Positions 23,201 through 33,479 of a DNA stretch of 64,000 nt are shown here, in pieces. This stretch comes from Nitrospirota bacterium. GTDB taxonomy: Bacteria > Nitrospirota > Thermodesulfovibrionia > Thermodesulfovibrionales > Dissulfurispiraceae. A program made the translations under genes and the position numbers. Under the pieces are notes generated by a model, which did not search any database, was not told the origin of the DNA, and was given only the letters and a program-made list of their open reading frames with translations. The DNA is taken from assembly GCA_963710375.1 (NCBI GenBank), contig CAVPZX010000002.1:64001-128000 (forward strand), in the 5' to 3' direction. Every line of letters starts with the position of its first letter. Position 1 is the stretch's first letter.

Positions 23201-24129
23201 AGCAGGCCGGCAACCTCAATATCCCGGCCATACAACTTCTGCGGTATATGGAATGCCGCGGAAAAGTCCTCCCGGCCAAGATCAAATCTCTCTGCGTCGC
23301 CTCCGGCATTGGCGTATTCCAAACATCTTTCCAGATCGGCTCTCAGACCGTATATGCTCTGGTAACGCTCCTCCGCCATTTTCGCCATCAGCTTCATGAT
23401 GATGCCGGAAAGCACGGGAGGAATCTGCGGGTTCAACTCGTGAGGTACGGCAGGTGTTATGGCGATATGGCAGTGCACCAGTTCCAGGGGGTCCCTGTTT
23501 TTGAACGGCGGCTCCCCGGTGAATATCTCATAAAGGGTTGCCCCAAGGGAATACATATCAGTCCGGTAATCCAGGGCACGGTTCATCCGCCCTGTCTGCT
23601 CCGGAGAAATGTACTCCAACGTCCCCTCCAGGGCGCTGGGATGCAGGATGGCTGTCGTAATGCTGCTAAACTCCGTGGCGATGCCGAAATCAATGATCTT
23701 CACCTGGCCGGACTGAGTGTTCCAGAGGATATTGGCAGGATTGAGGTTCTTGTGGATGATCCGCTGTTGATGGATGCTGCCGAGGCATTCAGTGATCTTG
23801 ACGGCCAGGGTCAAGCTGCCCGCAATATCAGGACTGACTGCAGGCACTAACGTGGCGAGGGATTCGCCGCCGAAGTCCTCCTCCACCATGATGAGAGTGT
23901 TTTTGTATTTTTGTAAATCATAAAGTTTGATTACCCCCTGCCCATTCATCTTAGCCGTTATCTCATACTCGCGCCGGAAGCGGGAGCACTCCTCAGATGT
24001 AGGATGCTCCTTGTCCAGAAGCTTGATGATCACGGGCAGTTTGTCCGCTTCCCTCACCGCGAGGTAGATGGAGGCATGGGCGCCTGAGTGGATCTTTTCG
24101 ATGATTTGGAAAGATGGGATTGAAATCAT
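17230..24129 (-). CDS. Multidomain Ser/Thr kinase-like / P-loop NTPase / GAF / PAS / His kinase / 2xREC / Hpt sensor (2299 aa)
   Basis: [28 protein letters not shown]; Walker A GYAGIGKT and Walker [39 protein letters not shown]; two REC domains; Hpt AHKIKGAA. Confidence 0.95.
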   Translation of the reverse strand: MISIPSFQIIEKIHSGAHASIYLAVREADKLPVIIKLLDKEHPTSEECSRFRREYEITAKMNGQGVIKLYDLQKYKNTLIMVEEDFGGESLATLVPAVSPDIAGSLTLAVKITECLGSIHQQRIIHKNLNPANILWNTQSGQVKIIDFGIATEFSSITTAILHPSALEGTLEYISPEQTGRMNRALDYRTDMYSLGATLYEIFTGEPPFKNRDPLELVHCHIAITPAVPHELNPQIPPVLSGIIMKLMAKMAEERYQSIYGLRADLERCLEYANAGGDAERFDLGREDFSAAFHIPQKLYGRDIEVAGLLEAFERASSGRAEILLVTGYAGIGKTAVVHEIQRSIVEKQGYFIEGKLDQLNRNIPYASLTEAFRKLIHQLLSEGDASLAQWKENILLALGPNGKVVTDVIPEVELIIGAQADIPVLAPAETQNRFRYVFQNFVRAFATPSHPLVLFLDDLQWADQASLQLIEFIMNDPSAGFLLLIGAYRDNEVEEGHPLMITLESIRKTRTLVNRIILSPLSINHISQLITESLHCTDDEAMELTGLCYQKTHGNPFFLNQFLQTLYREGLIEFDGEHRRWRWEMGKLREQDITENVVDFMVGKIRKLPPATQHILEYASCIGNQFDLRTLSIISGELYSETARRLLPALEEGLVVPVDEAYKFIQDGEPGDGAAEVQSIAPYYRFLHDRVQQASYSLIDDLRKEVLHLKAGRSMLAHTPPEAIEGRVFEIVHHLNLSRGIIKDTEERQRLAEMNLMAGRRAKVSAAYEPAYRYLSTGISYLEKDCWEIQYSLTLALFCEAAEAAYLTTDFTEMERLAEVVIAHARTVLDKISIYESKMPAEMAQHRPLQAIQAGLHILGLLGVRFPARPGKLHILLAILYTKRVLAGKRIEDLLTLPEMSDPRCLAISRIMTFMRSGTYWAMPALGPLLILKSVRLTFRHGNSSLASAIYAGYGFILCGVMDDIENGYRFGLLGLHLMENPNARECKTRTMIIFNGFIGHWKDHVRTTLAPLLEGYQVGLGTGDLEYAGYSAMIYCYHSFYAGVPLAKLEAEMARFGEAVGYLKQLSPLSVIRVVEQMARNLVEHREDPTRLAGEYYNEDEMLPLHIEAGDRSSIFAVFLGKAMLGFLFGEYAGSYENLRKARAYLDSIRASFANTVFFFYDSLIRLAMIPTFTKKERRQSLKVVAKNRKRLKKWAQHAPMNNRHKWLLVEAELARVEGRELDATMKLFREAIRLAGENEFLQEEALANELAARFWMGRGDDEIAGLHMREAHYCYANWGAKAKVRHLERTYPQFLAEAVKKATGEKREKQTVGVSIPSSDEWGDGALDLGSVIKTSQAISGEVDLETLLKKVMRILIESAGAQEGCLIMKKDSELMVRVHITAGMESATLLGNLQVNGCDLLSQAIVRYVVRTQEAVVLSNAAVEGIFSRDPYIVRKKPLSILCMPVMQHGDIVGVLYLENNQATDAFTQDRMEVLRILSSQAAISIQNALLYAERKQAEEELRQAEEKYRSIFDNSAEGIFQTTPDGRVLTTNPAAVRILGYDSPEDGRAVIKNLANDVYVDSGRRDDFRALMQAQGYVKDFEFRAYKKDRSIIDVSINCHVVRDNSGHILYFEGILEDITEKKRIEELKIAKEAAEAATKSKSEFLANMSHEIRTPMNGIIGMTGLLLDTELSEEQRNYGEMLRSSGLLLLGLINDILDFSKIEAGKLEIETIEFDLRNTLEETAESLALRAHEKGLELVCRIDPGVHTFLIGDPGQLRQILVNLIGNAIKFTSAGEVVIEAVTEYETDGQVAVRFNIRDTGIGIAEDKIPLLFDSFQQVDASTSRKFGGSGLGLAISRRLVELMNGRIGVESKEGKGSNFWFTAVFDKGKQPDKSKVPPLADITGVRILAVDDNAVNRIVIAEQMKSWGVRHAEAGGALKAMEMLHAAHAGGDPFRIVITDMQMPGMDGEALARVIKADPALKDTLLVMLTSSGVRGDAKRFASLGFDAYITKPVRMLQLHDCIAAVLGGSSLHEKAREADIITSHRLREAFRRNVRILLVEDNKVNKIVALGILGKLGFSADTADNGQEAINMLEAASYDIVFMDVQMPVMDGYQATMAIRGGKTKAANPKVPIIAMTAHAMKGDREKCLQWGMDDYISKPISLQELAKALEKWLPQAQVKLPATTGMTHCKTAAIEALPVFDFPGLMERIMDDMDLARRIIAAFMEEIPRMLDELRDQIVRGDAYLAGRQAHKIKGAAANTGFMAMSAIAADMQKAGEKGQMEAIIALMPELENQLELLKAKIKGSRVLEV

Positions 24130-24516
24130 AAATTATGCCCCTTCAAGGGAGACGGCCGCGATTGAGTCGAACTGACCGGTTTCTCCATATATCCGAGGTT
24201 AAGACCTGTTTTATGCTTTTTACCGCCTGTTTTACCGGATGTGGGCACCTTGATGAGGCACTCAGTCATTATTGTTCACCTGAATCCGTGGTATGGTTCT
24301 TGTTGAGGTGGATAGGACTGTCTGTAACCCTGACAAGATAGTCCATTTTCCTCTGTTTCCGACCCACTATCATAATTTAAGTATCTGTCAACTTCATATA
24401 TTTCTACCAGTAACCCACACAATTAATCAACAGAAAAATATGCGGACTTTCAGGTGTTGTTTGTATGCCGTCCCTTGATATTTAATTAAACTTGCCAGGT
24501 TTGTGACACGTCCAAT

Positions 24517-25896
24517 TTACGACATACTCCTCACTCCCTTAAGTATTTCCTCACCCAGTTTGTAGACATCGCCGGCCCCCAGTGTCAGAAGCACATCGCC
24601 CGGCGCCGCATCACGAACAATCGCCTCAACCATTTCCTTACGGTCAGCTTCGTAATGTATAGTGCCTGTGGCGTTTCTTTTTATAGTCCTCGATAGAACT
24701 TCTGCGGTGATTCCCCGTATTGGCTGTTCCCCTGCAGGATAGATATCCATAAGATAAAGCCTGTCCACATCCGTGAAACTCACGGCAAACTCGTCCATCA
24801 AATCCCTTGTCCTCGTAAACCTGTGGGGCTGAAATAAAACAATAAGCCTGTTATTCGCAAAACATTCACGGGCGGCTTTCAGCGTAGCAGCTATTTCCGA
24901 TGGATGATGCCCGTAATCATCATAAACCTTTACCCCCTTCGCCTCTCCCTTAAACTCGAACCTGCGGTGTATACCGCTAAATTTCTTGAGAGCTTTTGAT
25001 ATACTGTCAACAGGAATTTGCAATTCCACGGCGGTAGCTATTGCGGCAAGGCTGTTCAAAACATTGTGCAGGCCTGGGATGGGTATTGTGAAGTTCCCAA
25101 GAGAGAGCCCGCGCATCACCGGCTCAAAGCTCATCCTCGTCCCTTCGTTACTGATATTACGGGCAAATATGTCCGCAGTATCGCTGAGTCCGTATGTCAG
25201 TGCCTTCCGTTCTATGTAAGGGATGATTTCCCTTGTATACCTGTTCTCTGCGCAAACAACGGCGATCCCGTAGAATGGTATCTTATTGATGAAAGCTAAA
25301 AAAGCTGATTTCAAAGTTTCCATATCCTTAAAGAAATCCATATGTTCCCTGTCAATGTTGGTAATGACAGCTATCGTCGGGTTAAGCTTTAGAAAAGATC
25401 CGTCACTTTCGTCGGCTTCGGCAACGATGTAATCACCTTGTCCAAGTTTAGCGTTGCTGCCGATAGCATTAAGCTTCCCGCCTATAACCACTGTAGGATC
25501 GAGCCCCCCCTCGCCTAGGGTTGTAGCAATAAGTGAAGTAGTGGTTGTCTTGCCATGCGCCCCTGCCACCAGTATGCCGTATTTAAGCCTGCCCAGTTCG
25601 GCAAGCATTTCAGCACGGGGAATGACGGGAATGTATCTCTTGTTTGCCTCAACCACCTCAGGATTGACCGACGAGACAGCGGAAGATATTACCACCACGT
25701 GAGCATGGTCTATATTTTCACTGGCGTGTCCTATGTATACCTTTATCCCAAGGTTTCTCAATCTGTACGTTGTCTCGGTTTCCCTGAGATCAGAGCCCGT
25801 CACCTCGTAGCCAAGATTGTGCAGCACCTCGGCAATTCCGCTCATACCAACGCCGCCGATCCCGACAAAATGAACAACCCTGTATTTGTTAAACAT
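24517..25896 (-). CDS. murC: UDP-N-acetylmuramate--L-alanine ligase
   Basis: HFVGIGGVGMSGIA, GAHGKTTTT, EADESDGSF, DDYGHHPSEI, FQPHRFTRT. Confidence 0.98.
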   Translation of the reverse strand: MFNKYRVVHFVGIGGVGMSGIAEVLHNLGYEVTGSDLRETETTYRLRNLGIKVYIGHASENIDHAHVVVISSAVSSVNPEVVEANKRYIPVIPRAEMLAELGRLKYGILVAGAHGKTTTTSLIATTLGEGGLDPTVVIGGKLNAIGSNAKLGQGDYIVAEADESDGSFLKLNPTIAVITNIDREHMDFFKDMETLKSAFLAFINKIPFYGIAVVCAENRYTREIIPYIERKALTYGLSDTADIFARNISNEGTRMSFEPVMRGLSLGNFTIPIPGLHNVLNSLAAIATAVELQIPVDSISKALKKFSGIHRRFEFKGEAKGVKVYDDYGHHPSEIAATLKAARECFANNRLIVLFQPHRFTRTRDLMDEFAVSFTDVDRLYLMDIYPAGEQPIRGITAEVLSRTIKRNATGTIHYEADRKEMVEAIVRDAAPGDVLLTLGAGDVYKLGEEILKGVRSMS

Positions 25897-25916
25897 ATGA
25901 TTCCTCCAAAAGAAGC

Positions 25917-26007
25917 AAGGTTGAGGTTGAGGTTGAGGTTGAGGTTAAGAAAAGGCCCGCCAAGCCTGTCTTAGTTTTCGCTTTTGCTCAACCTCAACCT
26001 TAACCTT
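25917..26007. repeat. Intergenic hairpin built from hexamer tandem repeats (AGGTTG)
   Basis: (AGGTTG)x4 AGGTTA at 25918-25947 pairs with CTCAACCTCAACCTTAACCTT at 25987-26007 (20/21 match), between murG and murC. Confidence 0.9.
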
Positions 26008-27113
26008 TACCTTGTTTCTTTATTCTTTGTCAGACTCAGTGCGATATCAACGACTTTTTCTGCGGCATCAATCCTGCCGAACACCGCTGAGGCATTCTGC
26101 ATTTCACGACGTGCATGTTCGTCGCCATAAAGCTCCCTGATACAATCCGCCAGAACCTCACCAGTTAAAGACTTGTCCAGCACTATCCTCGCAGCACCCA
26201 TGTCCTCAAGTTTTCTTGCATTGTATTCCTGATGGTTGGATGCAGCGTACGGATAAGGAATCAAGAGTGCCGGTTTTCCTATGGCCGTTATTTCAGCCAA
26301 CGTTGTTGCCCCGGCCCTGCAGATGACCATGTCGGCTACAGTGTATGCTTCTGCCATCTGATAGATGAAAGGCGCCACAATGCCCTTAAATCCAAGCCTT
26401 CTGTATGCCTCCATTACTTTCTCATAATCCTTGTCCCCGGTTTGATGAAGGAACTGAATATTTTGCCTTAGATCCAGCATGTAATTCAACGCTTCTATAG
26501 TGGAGTTGTTTATGCTGCTCGCACCGAGGCTCCCGCCCGAAATAAAAACCGTAAACAGTTTTTTGTCAAGATGGAATAATTCATCCGCTTTTAGCTCATC
26601 TTTATGCAGTATATGTTTCCTTACAGGATTACCGGTCAAAAATGTCTTTTCAGCAGGAAAATAACCGATACTTTCCTGATAAGTCACGGCAATAGCATCA
26701 ACGAATTTCCCCAGGAATTTATTTGCAAAACCAGGCACCGAATTCTGTTCCAGTATCATGGTCGGTATGCCTTTAATATGGGCAGACAGCAGCATGCCGA
26801 CAGACGCGTAACCGCCGACACCGATAACAAGGGACGGTCTTACGAGCCTGATGATTCGGTAGGAATCAAAAATCGACAAGAGGAAAACAGCAAGCGCTCT
26901 TACTTTCCTGAAAAAAGATTTTCCGACAAGACCCTCAGCCCTGACATACTTTATCGCATAGCCTTCCCGTGGTATTACACGCGCCTCTATTCCATGAACA
27001 GTCCCGACAAAGAGTATATCTACGGCAAGACCTCTCCCCCTGAACTCTTCCGCCACCGCAATCCCCGGGAATAGATGCCCTCCGGTACCGCCACCCGCAA
27101 TGACAACTTTCAT
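26007..27113 (-). CDS. murG: Lipid I N-acetylglucosaminyltransferase
   Basis: AGGGTGGHLFP, EQNSVPG, GNPVR, GGSLGA, CRAGATT, HQEYNA. Confidence 0.98.
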   Translation of the reverse strand: MKVVIAGGGTGGHLFPGIAVAEEFRGRGLAVDILFVGTVHGIEARVIPREGYAIKYVRAEGLVGKSFFRKVRALAVFLLSIFDSYRIIRLVRPSLVIGVGGYASVGMLLSAHIKGIPTMILEQNSVPGFANKFLGKFVDAIAVTYQESIGYFPAEKTFLTGNPVRKHILHKDELKADELFHLDKKLFTVFISGGSLGASSINNSTIEALNYMLDLRQNIQFLHQTGDKDYEKVMEAYRRLGFKGIVAPFIYQMAEAYTVADMVICRAGATTLAEITAIGKPALLIPYPYAASNHQEYNARKLEDMGAARIVLDKSLTGEVLADCIRELYGDEHARREMQNASAVFGRIDAAEKVVDIALSLTKNKETR

Positions 27114-28435
27114 CGCCGCGGTCCGCTACGTGACCCAATTAATCGCCGTGTTCCGGAGGTCCCACGATGCTCCCGGCTTTGCCAGTATCCTCTCTGCCAC
27201 TGATATCTGCCTGATAGCTGAAGCGAACGGCTGTCAGTCCGGTTTCTGCTCTGCGAAGATACCGCATCGGCATTAGAACTGAAAGACTGCCGGCTGGGAG
27301 AAGGCTTGTCACGCTCTGCTTCAGCCCCCTGGCGATGGTTCCTCGAAACGTTCAGCAGCAAGCCTACAGCAGTCATACTTGTAAGGAGCGATGAACCACC
27401 GTAGCTTATAAACGGCAACGGCAATCCCTTAGTTGGAAGCATGCCCGTGACCACCGCAAAATTAAAGATAGCCTGTATGGCTATCATTATGGATAAACCA
27501 TAGGCAAGGTAGTAGTGGAAGGGCTCCGCTGCTTTCCGTGCAATTGAAATGCCCTTGAGAAAGAATATGAAGAAGAGAAGTGCCACCAGAACGGCTCCTA
27601 TAAAGCCTAATTCTTCTCCGATCATTGAGAAAATAAAATCCGTGTGCACCTCGGGCAGAAAAAAAAGCTTTTGTTTACCTTCGCCGAGTCCGACACCGGT
27701 AAGTCCGCCGCTTCCCAGTGCAATAAATGACTGTACAAGCTGGAATCCGCTGCCCTGCGGGTCCTTCCATGGGTCGAGGAATGCAGCAATCCTCTTCCAG
27801 CGATAAGGTTCAGACAGAAGTTTGGTGATGACAGGGATGGCCAATATCCCGAGAGAAAAAATATAGCTCAATCTTATACCCGAAAGGAACAGCATGGACA
27901 TGGTCAGCAGGCCAAGACTCATCGCAGCACCGAAATCAGGCTGCTTCAGGAAAACAACCTGGAATACCCCCATTATAAGTATGGGGACAACAAACGAACC
28001 GAATTTTTCCTTGTTGTACTGCGCCCTGCTCATGAAATACGACATAAACAGCACCATGCATAATTTTACCAGTTCAGAGGGCTGAAAGGCGGAGGGCCAA
28101 ATCCTTATCCACCTCCTGGCCCCGCCGGCGGTAATGCCGAATTTTGTAAAAACCATAAGCAAACAGACAAAAGATATAACAAGCAGGGGAATCGACATTT
28201 TCCGCACCAAACTGAGCGGCATTTTAAAGGCTATAAACATGGCAATGAACCCCAGGGCCATCGTTAAAAGCTGTTTTTTAATAAAACCGAACTGGCTGAC
28301 CATCAGCCCTCTTTTATGGAACTTCTCAAGCAGGTCAGGAGAAATTACAGAGGTGGAACTGTAGACAGCAGTCAAACCGACCAGTATCAGCAGGAGCACG
28401 ACAAACAGGAGCCACCGGTCATATGACTGTTTCAT
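27110..28435 (-). CDS. ftsW: Peptidoglycan polymerase FtsW with a long C-terminal tail
   Basis: GARRW, FQPSELVK, QPDFG, LPEVHTDFIF, LPFISYGGSS; dcw position. Confidence 0.96.
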   Translation of the reverse strand: MKQSYDRWLLFVVLLLILVGLTAVYSSTSVISPDLLEKFHKRGLMVSQFGFIKKQLLTMALGFIAMFIAFKMPLSLVRKMSIPLLVISFVCLLMVFTKFGITAGGARRWIRIWPSAFQPSELVKLCMVLFMSYFMSRAQYNKEKFGSFVVPILIMGVFQVVFLKQPDFGAAMSLGLLTMSMLFLSGIRLSYIFSLGILAIPVITKLLSEPYRWKRIAAFLDPWKDPQGSGFQLVQSFIALGSGGLTGVGLGEGKQKLFFLPEVHTDFIFSMIGEELGFIGAVLVALLFFIFFLKGISIARKAAEPFHYYLAYGLSIMIAIQAIFNFAVVTGMLPTKGLPLPFISYGGSSLLTSMTAVGLLLNVSRNHRQGAEAERDKPSPSRQSFSSNADAVSSQSRNRTDSRSLQLSGRYQWQRGYWQSREHRGTSGTRRLIGSRSGPRR

Positions 28436-29832
28436 AAGTTTCCCACGAGCTCCTTGAATTGTCTTCCCCTGTGTTCAAAGTCTCTGAACATATCAAAGCT
28501 GGCACAGGCCGGAGAAAGCATCACAACATCTCCGGGCGATGCAAGCTCCTTCGCCTTTGCAACAGCTTCCCCGAGACTATTTCCCATAAATATCTCTGTG
28601 CTGTCGCCCACAGCCTTTTTTATTTTGTCCCTTGCCTCGCCGATAAGCACAAGCGCTTTCACTTTGTCTCTGATAAAAGGCTTCAATCCCGTAAAATCTC
28701 CGTCTTTGTCCCTTCCTCCGGCAATAAGGACAATAGGTCTGTCAAAGCTTTCGAGTGATTTGACGACAGCACCTACATTAGTTCCCTTAGAATCGTTAAT
28801 AAACGTAATGCCGTCCATCTCACGCACAAATTCAAGCCTGTGTTCGAGTCCCGGGAATTCCGCCAGGGCATCGGCAACTGCACCTGACTCGCATCCGGAC
28901 AGGAGCGCCATTAACGACGCCGCCATAGCATTTTCTATATTATGCACGCCCTTTATCTTAAAGGCTGATGGATTGAGAGTGAAGGAAGATAATCCCGGCA
29001 AACTGAAATAGATAACTCCATTTTTATAATATGCGCCAGTAACCTCTCTCTTTCTGCTGAAGTAAAAAATCTGAGGTCCCCCGTGATTTCTTTCTTTCTG
29101 AGGCAAATGACTGCCGGTCCTTTTCAATACCTCCACGTTCATAGGGTCATCCGCATTAAGTACGATAAAGTCCAGATGGTCCTGATTCAAAAAAATCCTG
29201 CACTTTGAGTCGATGTAATCCGACATAGAGCGGTAGCGGTCCAGGTGGTCAGGCGTTATATTAAGGATTGCCGCCACGTGAGGTTTGAAGGCGTGTACCG
29301 TATCGAGCTGGAAACTGGATACTTCCGCCACAATAAAGTCAGGAAATTGCATTGGACCGCCGTTCATTTCTACCAGCGCAAGGGTCAAGGAGTTGCCGAT
29401 GTTGCCGCCCAGAAGCGTCGAAAAACCTCCCTTCTTCAGCATCGAATTCAGAAGAGAGGTAGTTGTTGATTTTCCATTCGTGCCGGTTATGGCAAGGAAA
29501 GTTGTTTTATGACTGCCGGCTGATAGATAGGCAAGCTCCAACTCGCCGATTATAGTGATACCCTTTTCCGAAGCCGCCTTCAATGGCGCAATGGAAAGCG
29601 GTACACCGGGGCTGACTACAATAAGGTCTGCTGCCTCGAATAATTCCACCGGATGGCCGCCCAGAGAATACAGTATGCCGGGCTGCAGTTCCTCGATATA
29701 CGGTCCCAGTTCTTCAGGTTTTTTTTTATCAGTTACAGTAACCGACGCGCCAAGCTGATGAAGCAGGTTGGCTGCACCAACCCCACTCCTCGCAAGACCG
29801 ACAACAATAACCTTCTTGCCCGTCACATCCAT
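28432..29832 (-). CDS. murD: UDP-MurNAc-L-Ala--D-glutamate ligase
   Basis: GLARSG, TGTNGKSTTT, EVSSFQL, PDHLDRY, NDSKGTN, LSPACASFD. Confidence 0.98.
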   Translation of the reverse strand: MDVTGKKVIVVGLARSGVGAANLLHQLGASVTVTDKKKPEELGPYIEELQPGILYSLGGHPVELFEAADLIVVSPGVPLSIAPLKAASEKGITIIGELELAYLSAGSHKTTFLAITGTNGKSTTTSLLNSMLKKGGFSTLLGGNIGNSLTLALVEMNGGPMQFPDFIVAEVSSFQLDTVHAFKPHVAAILNITPDHLDRYRSMSDYIDSKCRIFLNQDHLDFIVLNADDPMNVEVLKRTGSHLPQKERNHGGPQIFYFSRKREVTGAYYKNGVIYFSLPGLSSFTLNPSAFKIKGVHNIENAMAASLMALLSGCESGAVADALAEFPGLEHRLEFVREMDGITFINDSKGTNVGAVVKSLESFDRPIVLIAGGRDKDGDFTGLKPFIRDKVKALVLIGEARDKIKKAVGDSTEIFMGNSLGEAVAKAKELASPGDVVMLSPACASFDMFRDFEHRGRQFKELVGNL

Positions 29833-29864
29833 TGCCGTTCTTCCAAAACCGGTAAGGGGAGATA

Positions 29865-30935
29865 TTATGAAAGATTTTTTACCGATACTCTCTTACCCTT
29901 TGTTGCCATTTTTACCTGACCGCCTCTTCTCTTCTTATAGCCTTTCGCGGCTGTTCTTGTCCTGTGCCTGTGCGCAGACAACCGCTCGCCTCTCCTGGTT
30001 CTATGACGCGCGATTTTGTGTCTTTTACTGGCCCCGCCTTTATATGCCGCGAGCACTACCGGACGATCTTCGGCATTGCTGAAATATATCACCGGTTCGG
30101 CTTTCTGCGTAATTACATCATAGCCGCGGTTCAGCAAAATTTGTGAATCATGCCAGAGGTCATCCCTAACCGATTCTCCCAAAACGGCACTAATCAGAGT
30201 ATTGCCTCCCTTTTGCGCAGCGCAGACAAAGCAATGACGTGCTGCACGGGTATAGCCGGTCTTTCCTCCGAGGAGGTCATCGTCTACCCAAAGGAGCTGG
30301 TCGGTGCTTTTTACAAAGATGCGCCTTCCCTCAGTGGAATGAATATCCTTTGTCCTCGTATTGATAATTTCCTTTATCAATGGATATTGAAGGGCTGCCT
30401 TCATCACTTTAGCGAGATCTAAAGCAGTTATGTACTGGCCGGGGGCAGGCAATCCGGAGGCATTAACAAACCGTGTATTCTCGGCCCCCAGGCGTGCAAC
30501 CTTCTCATTCATTAAAGCAGTAAACCGTTCTTCGGACCCCGCTGTCGCTTCCGCAAGGGCCACAGCGGCGCCATTGACCGACCTCATCAATGCAAGGTAC
30601 AGGATGTCCCTCACCTTAAAGCGCTCACCGGCCCTCAGATGCGGAGTAACAGAGGGAGTATCGGCCGCATTCTCGCCTATAGTGATGATGGCATCAGGGC
30701 TGATATTATCTATGACAACCATAGCGGTGACAAGCTTGGTCGTACTGGCCGGAGGAAGTTTCCAGTCCGGATTTTTCGCAAACAAAATCTTCTCGGTAGC
30801 ACCATCAATCACCACTGCCGCACGAGCGCCGACTTCATCGGCGTATGCATTATTGATGGCAGGCCTTCCGGCATAAAGCAGGAAAAAAAGGATAAAAAGC
30901 GATTGAACTGTTAATAGTCTTTTCATTTCCATCAC
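29865..30935 (-). CDS. D-alanyl-D-alanine carboxypeptidase (peptidase S11) with a basic C-terminal tail
   Basis: Signal peptide, SxxK (ASTTK), SxN (SVN), KTG (GKTGYT). Confidence 0.92.
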   Translation of the reverse strand: MMEMKRLLTVQSLFILFFLLYAGRPAINNAYADEVGARAAVVIDGATEKILFAKNPDWKLPPASTTKLVTAMVVIDNISPDAIITIGENAADTPSVTPHLRAGERFKVRDILYLALMRSVNGAAVALAEATAGSEERFTALMNEKVARLGAENTRFVNASGLPAPGQYITALDLAKVMKAALQYPLIKEIINTRTKDIHSTEGRRIFVKSTDQLLWVDDDLLGGKTGYTRAARHCFVCAAQKGGNTLISAVLGESVRDDLWHDSQILLNRGYDVITQKAEPVIYFSNAEDRPVVLAAYKGGASKRHKIARHRTRRGERLSAHRHRTRTAAKGYKKRRGGQVKMATKGKRVSVKNLS

Positions 30936-32014
30936 CTCAATTTTAATGTTGCAAGGCTAAATAAAGCAAGAATTATCCCGACAATCCAGAATCTCACGAT
31001 GACCTTTGGTTCCTGCCATCCCTTCAGTTCGAAATGGTGATGCAGGGGGGCCATTTTAAAAATCCGTCTGCCGGTAAGCTTGAACGACAGTACCTGCATG
31101 ACAACCGAGATCGTCTCTATAACAAAAATGCCGCCAACCACGGCCAGCACGATTTCATTTTTAGTGACCACTGCAACGGTCCCCAAAGCACCGCCCAGAC
31201 CGAGAGAGCCCACATCTCCCATAAAAACTTCGGCCGGGTATGAATTGAACCACAGGAAGCCGAGGGCGGCCCCTGCCATCGCACCGCAAAATACCGTCAG
31301 CTCCCCGATCCCGGGCAGATACAACACCTGCAGGTACCTGGCAAAGAGTGCATGGCCCGAAACATACACGAGCGCTACGTTGGCAAGCGCTGCAATGGCG
31401 ACAAGCCCGATGGCAAGACCGTCTATGCCGTCGGTAAGGTTCACGGCATTGGAAGATCCAACTATAACAAAGACTGAAAAAGGTATATAAAAGAAACCAA
31501 GATCAAAGAGCCACTTTTTGAAGAAAGGGATGCTGAGCACCGTGTTGTAAGGGTCGTGAGGATTCATATAGAGGAAAATACCGATAGCAAGGGCTATCAG
31601 TACCTGTGCCCCGAATTTGTACCAGGCACGCAATCCCTGAGGATCTCTTTTTACCGCTTTGAGATAGTCATCGATAAAACCGACAGCCCCAAAGCCGAGC
31701 AGGGCTATTGACAATACCCAGGTATAGACATTTCTGAAATTGCCCCACAGGAGAACAGCCGTCATAATTGAGGTGACAATGATAATGCCTCCCATTGTAG
31801 GCGTCCCAGCCTTGGCAAGATGGGTTTTGGGACCATTGGACCGTATCTGCTGCGTAATGCTGATTTGTTTAAGCCAGCGTATTATTTTCGGGGCTATCAT
31901 CAGCGTTACTATAAGTGAGGTCAGTGATGCCAGCGAGGTCCTGAAAGTTATGTAGCGGAATACATTCAGCGGACTAAAATAATTATGGAGACTGTAAAGC
32001 AGTTCGTAAAGCAT
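30932..32014 (-). CDS. mraY: Phospho-MurNAc-pentapeptide transferase
   Basis: KAGTPTMGG, GFIDDY, NAVNLTDGIDGL, VFMGDVGS, MAPLHHHFE. Confidence 0.98.
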   Translation of the reverse strand: MLYELLYSLHNYFSPLNVFRYITFRTSLASLTSLIVTLMIAPKIIRWLKQISITQQIRSNGPKTHLAKAGTPTMGGIIIVTSIMTAVLLWGNFRNVYTWVLSIALLGFGAVGFIDDYLKAVKRDPQGLRAWYKFGAQVLIALAIGIFLYMNPHDPYNTVLSIPFFKKWLFDLGFFYIPFSVFVIVGSSNAVNLTDGIDGLAIGLVAIAALANVALVYVSGHALFARYLQVLYLPGIGELTVFCGAMAGAALGFLWFNSYPAEVFMGDVGSLGLGGALGTVAVVTKNEIVLAVVGGIFVIETISVVMQVLSFKLTGRRIFKMAPLHHHFELKGWQEPKVIVRFWIVGIILALFSLATLKLR

Positions 32015-33421
32015 TAATTCTCTCCCTTTTTATTTTTGCATCCCGCCAACACATCTTCCATCCTCATCCCGCGTGAACCTTTTATTAATACAACGTCCCC
32101 TTTTCTGACAAGCCTTTGAAGCTCCCTGGCGGCGTCCTTAGCATTTTCTGCGGATACACCGTTTTTCTGAAATGCCCCTACCGCCAACGACATCATCGGG
32201 CCTACGCCTATAAGGATGTCTACAGGCAACCCTGAAAGCCACCGGCCCAGCTTTATGTGTGCGTCCGTGCTGTAGGTTCCGAGTTCCAGCATATCGCCGA
32301 GCACGGCAATGGCCCTCTTGTGTTCAGTTCCTTCCTTAGCGCGCCTCACAAGCTCTTTGACCGATTCTTCCATGGATGAGGGATTGGCATTATAAGCATC
32401 ATTGATGTATGTCACGTCCCCGCGCACAAAAACTTCTGATCTCATAGGCAAACCGCTAAAAGATTCAAGCCCCTTTTTGATATCATCGAGGGTAAAACCC
32501 ATTGCATACGCCGTAGCGGCCGCTGCAAGAGAATTGTATATATTGAAGCGTCCGGGAAGCCTTGACTCAATAACAATACGGCCGCTGCCGGTGCACAGGA
32601 CGAATCTCGTTGCCCTGTCAGTATGCTCTATCCCCTCTGCCTTTATGTCGGCTCCGGCATCGATACCGAATGTTATGACCGGGCCCTTAAATCTATCTTC
32701 AATGCCTTCCGTCAGAAATGCGTCATCGGCATTTATAATCAATTTTCTCACACAGGACAATAATTCGAGCTCAGAATCTCGAACAGCGGCCAATGATCCG
32801 AACCCTTCGAGATGCTCTTGCCCTATGTTGGTAATCACTCCTGTTTCCGGCAGCCCTATAGCGCAAAGCTCTTTTATATCGCCGGCTTTATTGGTACCCA
32901 TTTCGAGCACCATGACCTCTGTATTGTCCTGCACTTTCGTTATCGAAAGGGGCATGCCTATATGGTTGTTGAAATTGCCTGACGTCTTGAGCACATTTAG
33001 GTTTACTCCCAGAACGGATGCTATGAGCTCCTTAGTAGTTGTCTTGCCGTTGCTGCCGACAACGCCGATAACGCTGCCGCCGAATTGTTTACGAATAGAG
33101 TGCGCAATGGCGTGCAGAGCAAAGAGAGTATCATCGACAATAATTGTGCATTTGCCGGCGGCATGCCGGACAGGTCTGGTGCGGCTGATTATGGCTCCTG
33201 CTCCTGTCTTGAGTGCATCCTGAACAAAATCATGCCCATCAAAGCGGTCGCCTTTTAAGGCCAGAAACAATTCCCTTTGACTGATAGTTCTTGAGTCGAT
33301 AGAAAGGCCTGAGAAAAAAATGTCTCCCGATAACAGCGCAGTCTGTCCGGGGCCCTGCAGTATCATCAGTGATAATTGACCCGCCGGTTGCATCGAGTAT
33401 CTGCCTGGCGCTCAGCATCAT
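32014..33421 (-). CDS. murF: UDP-MurNAc-tripeptide--D-Ala-D-Ala ligase (apparent +1 frameshift near the 5' end)
   Basis: SIDSR, GDRFDGHDF, GSNGKTTTKE, NFNNHIG, DAYNANP, KGSRG. The typical N-terminus MMLSARQILDATGG at ATG 33421 is one base out of frame with the body. Confidence 0.95.
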
Positions 33422-33479
33422 TCAACCTCTCCACTGCAATTCTTTTTTGTGGAAGCAGCCGATCATATTTTTTCCCTTG

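Noticed and set aside
25917..25949. Phase-variation tract controlling murC
   Set aside because: The repeat is intergenic with a 6-nt unit and would not shift a frame; murC is essential.
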